From Candidatus Sumerlaeaceae bacterium (GTDB taxonomy: Bacteria; Sumerlaeota; Sumerlaeia; Sumerlaeales; Sumerlaeaceae), in the NCBI GenBank assembly GCA_051003195.1, contig JBPCLP010000034.1, forward strand, positions 3,850 through 67,849: 64,000 nucleotides of DNA. The letters are read 5' to 3'. The number at the start of each line of letters is the position of its first letter. Position 1 is the first letter of the stretch. The notes beneath the pieces are model-generated. The model was not told the DNA's origin. It worked only from the letters and a program-made list of their open reading frames with translations, and did no database searches. This document shows, piece after piece, positions 28,301 through 36,502 of this stretch. A program made the translations under genes and the position numbers.

Positions 28301-28570
28301 GCCCGTGATGGTAATGGTCGTATACAGGTCCTCCGCTGGGCGCATCTGTAGCATGCTCCACTCCAGCCGCGCCACAAGGACGTCTGACAGCGGATAGCCC
28401 ATTTCGTCCGTCACTTGCGATTGCGCGACGGCGGACGCAATATCTGCCACGACAAGCGTACAAGCCAGGATTGAAAACGCGACGCTTCTAAAAACCTTCA
28501 GCAAAAAGCCGCACCTCGACCTAAGGGATATGAAAAGCCCGAAGGTAATGCCGGGGGCGAACCTTTGCAA
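25391..28570 (-). CDS. Large secreted protein with multiple carboxypeptidase-regulatory-like repeats
   Basis: Repeated [IV]xGxVxxxxgxPvxgAxV...TDxxGxFxF units across 1059 aa; signal-like N-terminus. Start uncertain. Confidence 0.75.
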   Translation of the reverse strand: MQRFAPGITFGLFISLRSRCGFLLKVFRSVAFSILACTLVVADIASAVAQSQVTDEMGYPLSDVLVARLEWSMLQMRPAEDLYTTITITGADGTFTANPTTSKSLLLLSKPRYVTVPLDGQKPLPKTIALGLHAEIGGRLYDDKGTTIIDAAIGPVLPIDTGEEADASREPPPLAPIYGHTGARGYFRIGGLVPGQYSFLVQAPGLPPEIGLATTGQETSVTLPSSGTTVTGILLGSKDRQPQPGIIVEAHAGLMRLYSTTDIRGEFAFGMLQNAEWKFNTTPSPLEKPKAAPVVQNGRSDKGRELVLLHNQGVTIAGQFLNAETSAPIPNMPLRLNTFEADSPASTSTDAAGYFRFEKIDAFRNISLAFDGLNYAFRSRENGQWGDRITISTQPARDITTITAALTPRALVRGRVVGPGNRPVPGADIVLRTVEDVDQGYGEMRRPSVFTVRSNSSGQFEMAVFPSGMYELRATAPFLGMLPQTYEASSTSPKELVVEMQRVVTLTGRAIDADGAPLNGARVEFFASAQDSATLVASGRSDTRGSFSVDSTFPEKVRAVATHPCYDTAVTTEITVLAKDNRPIEFRFPAGSAFTAQVLTESGSAVEDAIVQIFPVTSDTEKQTSGIRQLTRRTGFDGRTVFHLNAPSIENIVVRHRDFAPFTAANISLPQQKYEIRLKAYPSVSVTITAPPSVPEESLRYIVWLLRANTGKPTATEPAPSQFVSVRHQQASFGKALFENVEPGWYKAAITTDDESMYSESKAAQLKAESRNLELELPVATGASLEGRITDEETGDPVTGANVHVQLQGATPAEFEVVSKPSDSQGRYSIAVLPSAIVVISARHLNYSDQAQIVQLPASGKLTVNFKMNKSVTLLSGQVRLDGKPLADATIVVYPSEDMARWIGSAVTDEKGHYSIEGVPEGSRLLIAEALWGTDAKGLRKRQNVLVRGRSSTANVDFRALVRVAGRVQINSAEANPTAKHMLYFTSQNTFGDVRRVVLGPEGNYEVFLEPGPYTVGLQDGPGLHLDVPEGGNEVQVHFEFDELARISGLNAAPQPQLE

Positions 28571-28635
28571 GCACCTCGGCGGCCTTCGGGCTGATCAGCA
28601 TTCAGCAGGTTCAAATCCGTTCACCCTGCGGATTG

Positions 28636-29529
28636 TTAGTAGTCGCTGCTGCCCACTCCCGTAGCCAGGCAATCGATGGCCACCCAGCCGCGGCGACTCA
28701 TGATGATGCTGCTGCCATCTCGCGCGATTTGTTTTTCCCACATGCGGCCGTAAAGGAACTTCAGGACGCGCGAAGAGTACGTCATTGTGCGGCAGTTAAA
28801 CAGCGCCCGATCCACGCTCGTCACGTTGACGTAGCGATAGAAGTTGTATCTTCCGGCGGCGGCACGAATGCCTTCGGTCGCCGAGCCGTAGCCATTGGCA
28901 GGCAGGTTGTAGATCATGGTATTGTTACCATTCCGCGTCAGGTAATCGGTCGCTTGCTCACCACCGCCACCGCACGCGCTTGAACCCGTCACCTTGAACG
29001 AATTCCCGTCGCCGTCCAGGTAGATAGAGTTGTCCGAAGTTTTCGAGTGCCAGTTGCTGACATCTCCGCCCGGGTTCGCGGGAACGGTGTCGTAATTCCC
29101 TGTTGTGCTCTCAGCCACGGCTTGCGTGTTCAGCCAGCCGGAAAACGTGCCGCTGCGCGTCCACGTGGCCCACGACAAAAGCATGCCGAGATTCGTGCCG
29201 ACTGCGCGAATGCCGCAGTTCACATTGATGGTCTCATTGGCGTGGCCGGTGCCCCCAGGAAAAGTTCCAAGGACCTGGCCGACCGAGTTCATGAGCGACC
29301 ACTCGCCGGCGTTGGTTCTAAAATTCAAAGTGCAGTTGGTGCGGTTCATCAGGCGCGTCGTGTCGCAGACATACCTGGGGTACACATAACAGTTGTAGCT
29401 GGAGTTTGCGCACCCGCCGTTCGACAGCGTCGGTTGCGGTTCCAGTGTGGAACACCCGGAACATGTGGCGCTGGCATTTTGAACGCCAGCAGCCAGGAAT
29501 GCAAGAAGGACAAGGAGGGATTTCTGCAT
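28636..29529 (-). CDS. Secreted Cys-rich hypothetical protein
   Basis: MQKSLLVLLAFLAAGVQNASA signal peptide; several Cys in the mature N-terminus. Confidence 0.7.
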   Translation of the reverse strand: MQKSLLVLLAFLAAGVQNASATCSGCSTLEPQPTLSNGGCANSSYNCYVYPRYVCDTTRLMNRTNCTLNFRTNAGEWSLMNSVGQVLGTFPGGTGHANETINVNCGIRAVGTNLGMLLSWATWTRSGTFSGWLNTQAVAESTTGNYDTVPANPGGDVSNWHSKTSDNSIYLDGDGNSFKVTGSSACGGGGEQATDYLTRNGNNTMIYNLPANGYGSATEGIRAAAGRYNFYRYVNVTSVDRALFNCRTMTYSSRVLKFLYGRMWEKQIARDGSSIIMSRRGWVAIDCLATGVGSSDY

Positions 29530-30009
29530 AATGGATTACCTTTCTGCTGCAATGAAGGTGGAGTAAACGGGGACTTAAAATGCGGAAAGACGATACGTCG
29601 TGGGATGGCAGGCTTTTCTCCTTTCCAATGGCCCGCTGAATTGAAACGCAGGATTGCCGGAATACAGAATGCAAGCATAATTAGTTCTTGGTGCAAATTA
29701 TATCACCCGCATGGCAGCTAGATGCCGAATCAGTAGTTCCTTACCAGACCAAAGGGCAGACTTTGACCTCGATTCGACACACAGAACAGACTACAAACTA
29801 ACGGTAGACCACACTAGGGCCTGCCGCGGACCGTTAGACGCATGGACCTGTCACAAAAATGCTGCCGATGCCGCTACGTATCTGGTTCCCCGGCTGGACA
29901 ACGAACTCCGCTTTGCGCGCGTTCAGAATCCCGCACTTCATGGAAGCAGCGACGTGAATTTTCTGTGCTTTCTGTTCGCTAACCAATCAGCATTCCAGCA
30001 CTTCGCTGC

Positions 30010-31401
30010 CTACTCGAACAGGTACCAGTCTGGCGCTGCAGTAATTGTCGACTGGGAGTGGACCCAATCGAACTGCGCCGCGGCTGCTGTTCCCAACTGG
30101 GCATCGCCGGGGCCAAAAACCCGTTTGGAATGCAGGCGCACCTGCGCATTTTTCAACGGAGCTGGATATACAAATCCACCATTGGGCGCCGAACTCCACG
30201 TGACGTTATCATAGCTGTAACGAGCTGTATACCGTGACCCGTTCTTCTGGATCTGCAGGTAATTTGGAAGCAGAGCCGTGCCGAAATCAACGTTAACAAC
30301 ATCATAAAGGCCGGCACGCTTATAGCCGACTTCGACACGGTTCGTGATCGTGTCCGACCTTTGAGCGCTGATCATGATCCAGTTACACTGGTCCTGCCAC
30401 AGCATCATCCCGTACCCATTCCACTGTTCAAAGGGGCGCAGGTCGTTCGGTCCGCTCAGTTTCGTGATAACTTCAAAGCTGTTGCTCGTCGGGGCGTCCT
30501 GGTAAATGTGCATTGCCCGTTCTACGTGTTCCCATTGGTCCTGCCGAAAACCGGGCAGCAGAGTAAGGTTACCTGCGCCGACACTCACCGTGCCTTTTTC
30601 AACACCTTCATAGAAGCTCCATAATGACGAGTTAAGCGACGTTCCATTAAACTCGTCGTCGGTGTAAGAAGCAGTAGGCCCTGTAACGCTGACCGTCCGC
30701 GCGTAATCAAAATCGGCGGGTCTTGGAGCCCCGGTGCCGAATCCACCCGTACCAAACAGCCGGAACTTTTCTGCCGTTAACGAACCATCGACCGTCTCCG
30801 GATTTCGAACAACAGGCAACACATTGATCCACGTCACTCCGTCACCGCTCATTTGGCCCAGGTAACCTCTCGGTGTCTTGACGACCTTCAGGAACATTGG
30901 GCTGGTTGTAATGCCATTGTACGCGGCCAGGCCGCTGTAGCGGTTGTTGGAAGTCCCGCTTGTCGGATCGGTCTGCCACACGGCCTCTACAATGCGCTGG
31001 AGGCCGTCGCCGCTGCTCATCACGTATATGCTCAACCAGTGGTCGTTATCCTGCCATAGCTGAATTCCCGTTTTGTTGTAGTTACGTCGGAAGCCGACTG
31101 CAGTCGGATCGAAGTTATCCAGTTTTGTAACAATTTCCCAGTTCGTACCCACGGGAGCATTCTGCTGAATATATGCCTGTGTATCGTTCTGCAGGAAGAG
31201 GTCGCTGCCTGCCGCCGCGGTCAGGCGATATGCGCTCCCTGTAAGCGTCGAGCTGCTGCCGCCTGGTGTGCTGTCGACAAATGTCCACTGCGGACCAAGA
31301 CTTCCTGAGTTGAACTCGTCGTTAACGAACTGGCCTTGTGCCGGTCGGCACACAACTATCGCTAATGCAGCAGAAAATAAGGCAAACGGGCGTGATAACA
31401 C
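30010..31401 (-). CDS. Secreted protein with two tandem ConA-like (GH43 C-terminal/DUF1349-like) domains and C-terminal DWYLFE motif
   Basis: Repeats NDEFNSGSLGPQWTF / DDEFNGTSLNSSLWSF, GIQLWQDNDHW / GMMLWQDQCNW, ADFDYART / AQFDWVH; GGGGAGG RBS before GTG 31401. Confidence 0.75.
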   Translation of the reverse strand: MLSRPFALFSAALAIVVCRPAQGQFVNDEFNSGSLGPQWTFVDSTPGGSSSTLTGSAYRLTAAAGSDLFLQNDTQAYIQQNAPVGTNWEIVTKLDNFDPTAVGFRRNYNKTGIQLWQDNDHWLSIYVMSSGDGLQRIVEAVWQTDPTSGTSNNRYSGLAAYNGITTSPMFLKVVKTPRGYLGQMSGDGVTWINVLPVVRNPETVDGSLTAEKFRLFGTGGFGTGAPRPADFDYARTVSVTGPTASYTDDEFNGTSLNSSLWSFYEGVEKGTVSVGAGNLTLLPGFRQDQWEHVERAMHIYQDAPTSNSFEVITKLSGPNDLRPFEQWNGYGMMLWQDQCNWIMISAQRSDTITNRVEVGYKRAGLYDVVNVDFGTALLPNYLQIQKNGSRYTARYSYDNVTWSSAPNGGFVYPAPLKNAQVRLHSKRVFGPGDAQLGTAAAAQFDWVHSQSTITAAPDWYLFE

Positions 31402-31767
31402 TGACGGCCTCCCCTGAAATTGATATTATGGCTGATAGTCCTATATTCCGTGCGTCCTTCTCAAGCTAAATCGCTCGCGAGTATCTGAAGGCGTGCCTGA
31501 ACACTTGCGGGAGGACCGCCCAGTAATCCGACGGAAACGTTTTGGAGCAGCGCTGCTCTTTAGTCCAGGCGTACTTCTGCCGCTTCATTTTTCTTGTGTT
31601 CAGCAATTCGCGATGCCTTTGAATGTCTTCTTCATTAGACTTCGCAGCTTGGGAATGACGCATGAGCTTCGACGTCGGCTGCGACGCCGAGAGCAAATGC
31701 GAACTCTTGCCCGCTCGAACAAACTCCCACATCCTCACTCAGAGCCATTTATCCAGGGGTGTGTTCC

Positions 31768-34700
31768 ATGCGTTTTATTTCTCTATCCGTTTCTTTGCTT
31801 TCCGTAGTTTTGGTTGCAGCACTCTGCCCAAGCCCGGCACTCGCTGCCGGCAATGCTCCACAGCCGGCAATTTGCACTCGCGGTTGCTGGGGAGCTAGTG
31901 CGCCCGGCTCGATCTCGTACATGTCGACGCTCAACCGCGCCATCGTGCACCACACGGCAGGCAACGAGTTCAACACGACCGGCTATGAAGCATCAAAGGC
32001 CAACGTAAGAGCCATCCAGAGCCTGCACAAGAATACGAACGGCTGGTCGGATATCGGCTACCATTTCCTCGTCGACAAGTTCGGGTACATTTTCGAGGGC
32101 CGCTACAACTCGATGGGTAGTCTGCCCCGGGGCGCACACGACGGCTTTAATACTAACAGCTTCGGCTTTAATGTCATGGGCTACTTTCACCCGACGGTGA
32201 ACAACGTCCCTACCGCCGCAATGATGAATTCGCTGTATGATATCATCGCGTGGCGCATGCCTTCGGCCTGGCGCCCCTATGGCTCGCCCGGTGGCACTTA
32301 CGGCGACCTTGGGAATACGGTTGGTTATGTCGATAGTCACCGTCGCGTCAAAGCAACGGCCTGCCCAGGCGATAACGTTCACAATCCATACATAGGCAAT
32401 AACGTGAACGCCGGGACCATCCGCGCTGAAATCAACAACCGTATCATCGGCGGCACGCCATGGGATGCGACCTTCAATAATCAGTCATACGTCGGCGCAA
32501 TGTATCCCGGCCAGGCAGCAACCTTCTGGGTCGAATATAAAAACGTGGGCACGAACACATGGACGCCGGGCGGCGGAAACCCGACACGCCTGGGTACAAG
32601 CAGCCCGCGAGATCGCTCAAGTGCGTTCTTCACTTCCGGAAACTGGCCCAACGCCAGCAGGCCTACTGATGTGGATGCATCCACAGGGCCTAACGGCATC
32701 GGGCGATTCAGTTTTGTCGCAACCGCCCCACAGACGCCGGGCTATTATGTAGAAAACTGGGAACTCGTCACAGAAGGCGTCTCCTGGTTCGAGGGCGCCG
32801 GAGACGGATCATGGTTCGGTATCGAAGTCGCCAAACAGGGCGACAACATCCAATGGGAGTGCGAAGATTACAGTCGCGGCATCCACGCCGCGAATAACGT
32901 GGATTATTTCGATACCACCGCTGGCAACACGGGCGGTGCCTATCGTTCCCAGGACGTCGATATACGTGCGTGCGTCGAAGGCGGTTACCAGGTCGGCTGG
33001 ACAGAACCAGGCGAATCGCTGAGATATTATTTCTACGGAGGCGGCAACAGCTACCGCTTTGCTGTACGTTATTCGAATGGATCGGCCGCCAATGCATCCG
33101 TACGCCTTCGCGTCGATGGCGTTGACGTGGGCACCGTCATTCTGCCGCCAACTGCAAACTACGATACGATGGCGACGGCCTACACGCATGTCAGCATCGG
33201 TTCCGCCGCACTGCATGAACTGAAGATCGACGTCATGTCCGGCAACCCGGACCTCAACAATTTCCGCCTCGATAAGGTGTGGAACCCACCGCACAATTTC
33301 AGCTTTAATGCGCAGGGTTATGATGTGTGGGGCAGAAACGGTCTTTCGGCTATTAGTTGGACGGACTGCTGCGGCTGGCCCGGCATCATGTATACGGATC
33401 AAACCGGCAATGACGCGTTTGTGTACAGCGGCGCCACGAATTTCACCGGCGGTTCTTATGATCTCATTCACGTCCGTGTCTTCCCGCAGGGAGGCACCAG
33501 CGCCAGCCACAATATGCAGATATTCTGGCTGAACTCAGAGGATTGGGCGTGGAACTCTGCGAAGTCCTCGGATATCGTTTACTTCACCGCGCAGGATGCC
33601 TGGGCGGATGTGTACCTCTATGTCGGTCCAAACTCCGGATGGAACGGGAAAACAATCACCCAGCTCCGCCTGGACTTTGATAACACAAGTGTGGGTACGC
33701 GTTGGCATGTGGACTCCCTCAGTATCGAGCAACAACCCACCGCACCAGCAGCGCCTACCGGCCTCGCTGCAACGGCTGCATCTTCCTCGCAGATTAATCT
33801 CGCGTGGACGGATGCATCGAACAATGAGGAGAATTTTGTCGTGGCACGCAGCGCAACAGCCGGCGGGCCTTACACGGATCTCGCCACGCTGGGCGCAAAT
33901 GTAACCAGTTACTCCGACACCGGGCTTTCCCCGCTGACGGCCTACTATTATGTTGTGCGCGCAACCAACGCGGCCGGCTCATCGGCAAATTCAAGTGAAG
34001 CCTCAGCAACAACGTTGTCCAACATCCCGACTGCGCCATCCGGACTCGCGGCAGCTGCGACCACTCCTTATGACATTAATCTCACCTGGACTGACAATTC
34101 CGCGAATGAGGCGAACTTCGTGGTTGGTCGCAGTTCCGTGGCAGGTGGCCCCTATGTGGACATCGTGACCCTTGGGGCGAATGTCACATCTTATACCAAC
34201 AGTGGACTGAGCCCCAGCACCACGTATTACTATGTCGTCCGGGCGACGAATTCCGGAGGCTCTTCTGCGAATTCCAACGAGGCGAGTGCAACGACACTTC
34301 AGCAACCGCCCAATGCACCAAGTGCACTGGGGGCGACTGCAATCAGCTCGACACAGATTAACCTGGCGTGGACGGATAACTCCACAAACGAGGCAAACTT
34401 TGTGGTCGCACGTGGCTCCGCAAGCGGTGGCCCGTACACGGACATCGCCACGCTCGGCGCTAATGTAACCTCATACAGCAACACCGGCCTGACCGCCGCC
34501 ACGACGTATTACTATGTCGTGCGGGCGACCAATGCCGGTGGAGCGTCGGCAAACTCCAACCAGGCCTCTGCAACAACGTTACCTAATCCGCCCGCAGCCC
34601 CCAGTGGACTGGTCGCAACCGCGGCCTCGAATGGTACGCAGGTCGACCTCGGTTGGGCGGATAACTCGGGCAATGAAGCTAACTTCATCGTCGCACGCTC

Positions 34701-36411
34701 TGCCACCTCCGGCGGACCCTACTCCGACATCGCTACGTTGGCCGCCAATACTACCAGCTATTCAAACACGGGTCTGGCGGAAAACACAACCTACTATTAC
34801 GTGGTGCGGGCCACGAACTCGGGAGGATCCTCCGGGAACTCCAACCAGGCTACCGCAACCACTCCGGTCCCTGATCGCATCATCGACAATCCATCTGCCT
34901 CGCTGACCGGCACGTTCTCGACAGGAACGAGTGCGTTGGACAAATTCGGTGCCGACTACAACTACAGAAGCCAGGGTACTGGCGCAAACTACGCCACGTT
35001 CACGCCAACGCTGGCCGTCGCCGGACGCTATAGCGTTTACGAGTGGCACCCACAGGGAACCAACCGCACAATCGGTGCTCCGCATGTCATCACATTCGAT
35101 GGCGCGTCGGATACCATCGCGGTGAATCAGCAGGTAGGTGGCGGTGCATGGAATCTGCTCGGGACCTTCAACTTTGCGGCAGGTTCGTCGGGGAACGTGA
35201 GAATCACCGATGCGTTCCCGGATGCCGGCCAGCTGGTTCTGGTCGACGCCATCAAGTTTGTGTACGTTGGCGGCGCCGTGGCACCGGCAGCGCCGACCGG
35301 ACTTGCGGCAACGGCTGCGTCTCCATCGCAGATAAACCTCTCGTGGAACAACGTGCTGAACGAAAGCGGGTACGTCGTTGCACGCAGCACGACATCCGGT
35401 GGCCCTTACACGGATATCGCAACGCTCGGGGCAAACGTTACAAGCTACTCGAACACCGGCCTCGCCCAGAACACCTCCTACTACTACGTGGTACGCGCAA
35501 CCAACAGTGCAGGAGCATCAGCCAATTCGGCGCAGGCCGCCGCGACAACACCGGTTGCACCACCCGCCGCTCCAAGCGGGCTGAGCGCCACCGCACTTAC
35601 ACAGACAAAGGTCAGTCTAAGCTGGACGGATAACGCGACGAACGAGGCGAATTATGTCGTCAGTCGCGCAACCACGGCCGGTGGACCTTACACCGACATC
35701 GCCACGCTTGCAGCAAACAGTGTGAGTTACACCGACACGGGATTGTCGGCCAGCACGGCCTACTACTACGTCGTTCGGGCAACAAATGCCGGCGGTGGAT
35801 CAGGCAACTCCAACGAAGCTGCAGTTACTACGCCCGTACCCGCAACCATTACGGTCGACGCGGTCGGTGCGGACGATGGCTGGGCGCTCGAGAGCGCTGC
35901 CGGGTCAAACGTCGGCGGTTCTAACAACGGTATCAACACCACGTTCGCCGTAGGCGACATGACCGGCAACCGTGCATACCGCGGCATCGTTTCATTCGAT
36001 ACGTCCGGGCTTCCGGATGACGCGAGCGTCACAAAGGCCACGCTGCGGCTTACCCAGTACTCGCTGAACGGCACAGACCCATGGGCCGTCTTAGGAACCC
36101 AGGCAGTCGATATTAAGACACCCAACTTCGGCGCGGTAGCCGGTATGGAAAATAGCGACTGGGAAGCAGGGGCAGGTGCGGCCAGTGTTGGTACTGTGCC
36201 AAAGCCCGCCGCCAATGGCTCCAGCGTCGATGCGATCCTCAGCTCCGGTGCAAATGGCCACGTGAGCGTCACGGCGAAGACGCAGATGAAGCTCCGCTTT
36301 ACCACTAACACCAACAGCGACGCGCTTAATAACTACGTGAACTGGTACTCCGGCGACTTTACCACCGACACCACCAAGCGTCCCAAGCTGATCATCGAAT
36401 ACGTGCAATAG
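31768..36411 (+). CDS. Secreted multidomain N-acetylmuramoyl-L-alanine amidase (Amidase_2/PGRP) with Ig-like, CBM6/35-like, 6x FN3, golvesin-like and C-terminal DNRLRE-like domains
   Basis: IVHHTAG, GWSDIGYHFLVD, GAHDGFN, HRRVKATACPG; six APxgL...YYYVVRATN repeats; C-terminal RPKLIIEY. Confidence 0.88.
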   Translation: MRFISLSVSLLSVVLVAALCPSPALAAGNAPQPAICTRGCWGASAPGSISYMSTLNRAIVHHTAGNEFNTTGYEASKANVRAIQSLHKNTNGWSDIGYHFLVDKFGYIFEGRYNSMGSLPRGAHDGFNTNSFGFNVMGYFHPTVNNVPTAAMMNSLYDIIAWRMPSAWRPYGSPGGTYGDLGNTVGYVDSHRRVKATACPGDNVHNPYIGNNVNAGTIRAEINNRIIGGTPWDATFNNQSYVGAMYPGQAATFWVEYKNVGTNTWTPGGGNPTRLGTSSPRDRSSAFFTSGNWPNASRPTDVDASTGPNGIGRFSFVATAPQTPGYYVENWELVTEGVSWFEGAGDGSWFGIEVAKQGDNIQWECEDYSRGIHAANNVDYFDTTAGNTGGAYRSQDVDIRACVEGGYQVGWTEPGESLRYYFYGGGNSYRFAVRYSNGSAANASVRLRVDGVDVGTVILPPTANYDTMATAYTHVSIGSAALHELKIDVMSGNPDLNNFRLDKVWNPPHNFSFNAQGYDVWGRNGLSAISWTDCCGWPGIMYTDQTGNDAFVYSGATNFTGGSYDLIHVRVFPQGGTSASHNMQIFWLNSEDWAWNSAKSSDIVYFTAQDAWADVYLYVGPNSGWNGKTITQLRLDFDNTSVGTRWHVDSLSIEQQPTAPAAPTGLAATAASSSQINLAWTDASNNEENFVVARSATAGGPYTDLATLGANVTSYSDTGLSPLTAYYYVVRATNAAGSSANSSEASATTLSNIPTAPSGLAAAATTPYDINLTWTDNSANEANFVVGRSSVAGGPYVDIVTLGANVTSYTNSGLSPSTTYYYVVRATNSGGSSANSNEASATTLQQPPNAPSALGATAISSTQINLAWTDNSTNEANFVVARGSASGGPYTDIATLGANVTSYSNTGLTAATTYYYVVRATNAGGASANSNQASATTLPNPPAAPSGLVATAASNGTQVDLGWADNSGNEANFIVARSATSGGPYSDIATLAANTTSYSNTGLAENTTYYYVVRATNSGGSSGNSNQATATTPVPDRIIDNPSASLTGTFSTGTSALDKFGADYNYRSQGTGANYATFTPTLAVAGRYSVYEWHPQGTNRTIGAPHVITFDGASDTIAVNQQVGGGAWNLLGTFNFAAGSSGNVRITDAFPDAGQLVLVDAIKFVYVGGAVAPAAPTGLAATAASPSQINLSWNNVLNESGYVVARSTTSGGPYTDIATLGANVTSYSNTGLAQNTSYYYVVRATNSAGASANSAQAAATTPVAPPAAPSGLSATALTQTKVSLSWTDNATNEANYVVSRATTAGGPYTDIATLAANSVSYTDTGLSASTAYYYVVRATNAGGGSGNSNEAAVTTPVPATITVDAVGADDGWALESAAGSNVGGSNNGINTTFAVGDMTGNRAYRGIVSFDTSGLPDDASVTKATLRLTQYSLNGTDPWAVLGTQAVDIKTPNFGAVAGMENSDWEAGAGAASVGTVPKPAANGSSVDAILSSGANGHVSVTAKTQMKLRFTTNTNSDALNNYVNWYSGDFTTDTTKRPKLIIEYVQ

Positions 36412-36415
36412 ATCA

Positions 36416-36453
36416 GTCGCCCGGCCGCGTAACAGCGGCCGGGCGGCTTTTTT
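36416..36453 (+). terminator. Rho-independent terminator between convergent amidase and gcvPB
   Basis: GTCGCCCGGCCGC-GTAACA-GCGGCCGGGCGGC followed by TTTTTT. Confidence 0.85.
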
Positions 36454-36502
36454 GATCAGTCTCGCTGCTTTAGAAATTAAAACCCAATTCACCTGGTTTC
36501 GG

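Noticed and set aside
28590-28630. tRNA-like T-arm GGTTCAAATCC
   Set aside because: No acceptor stem, D-arm or anticodon arm can be folded in the 65-nt gap.
28636-28670. C-terminus TGVGSSDY as a fourth copy of the sorting motif
   Set aside because: It ends in Tyr but lacks the invariant [DN]W and the spacing.
33730-35830. Regularly spaced repeats as a CRISPR array
   Set aside because: They are ~270-nt degenerate coding FN3 repeats with synonymous variation, no unique spacers, and no cas genes.
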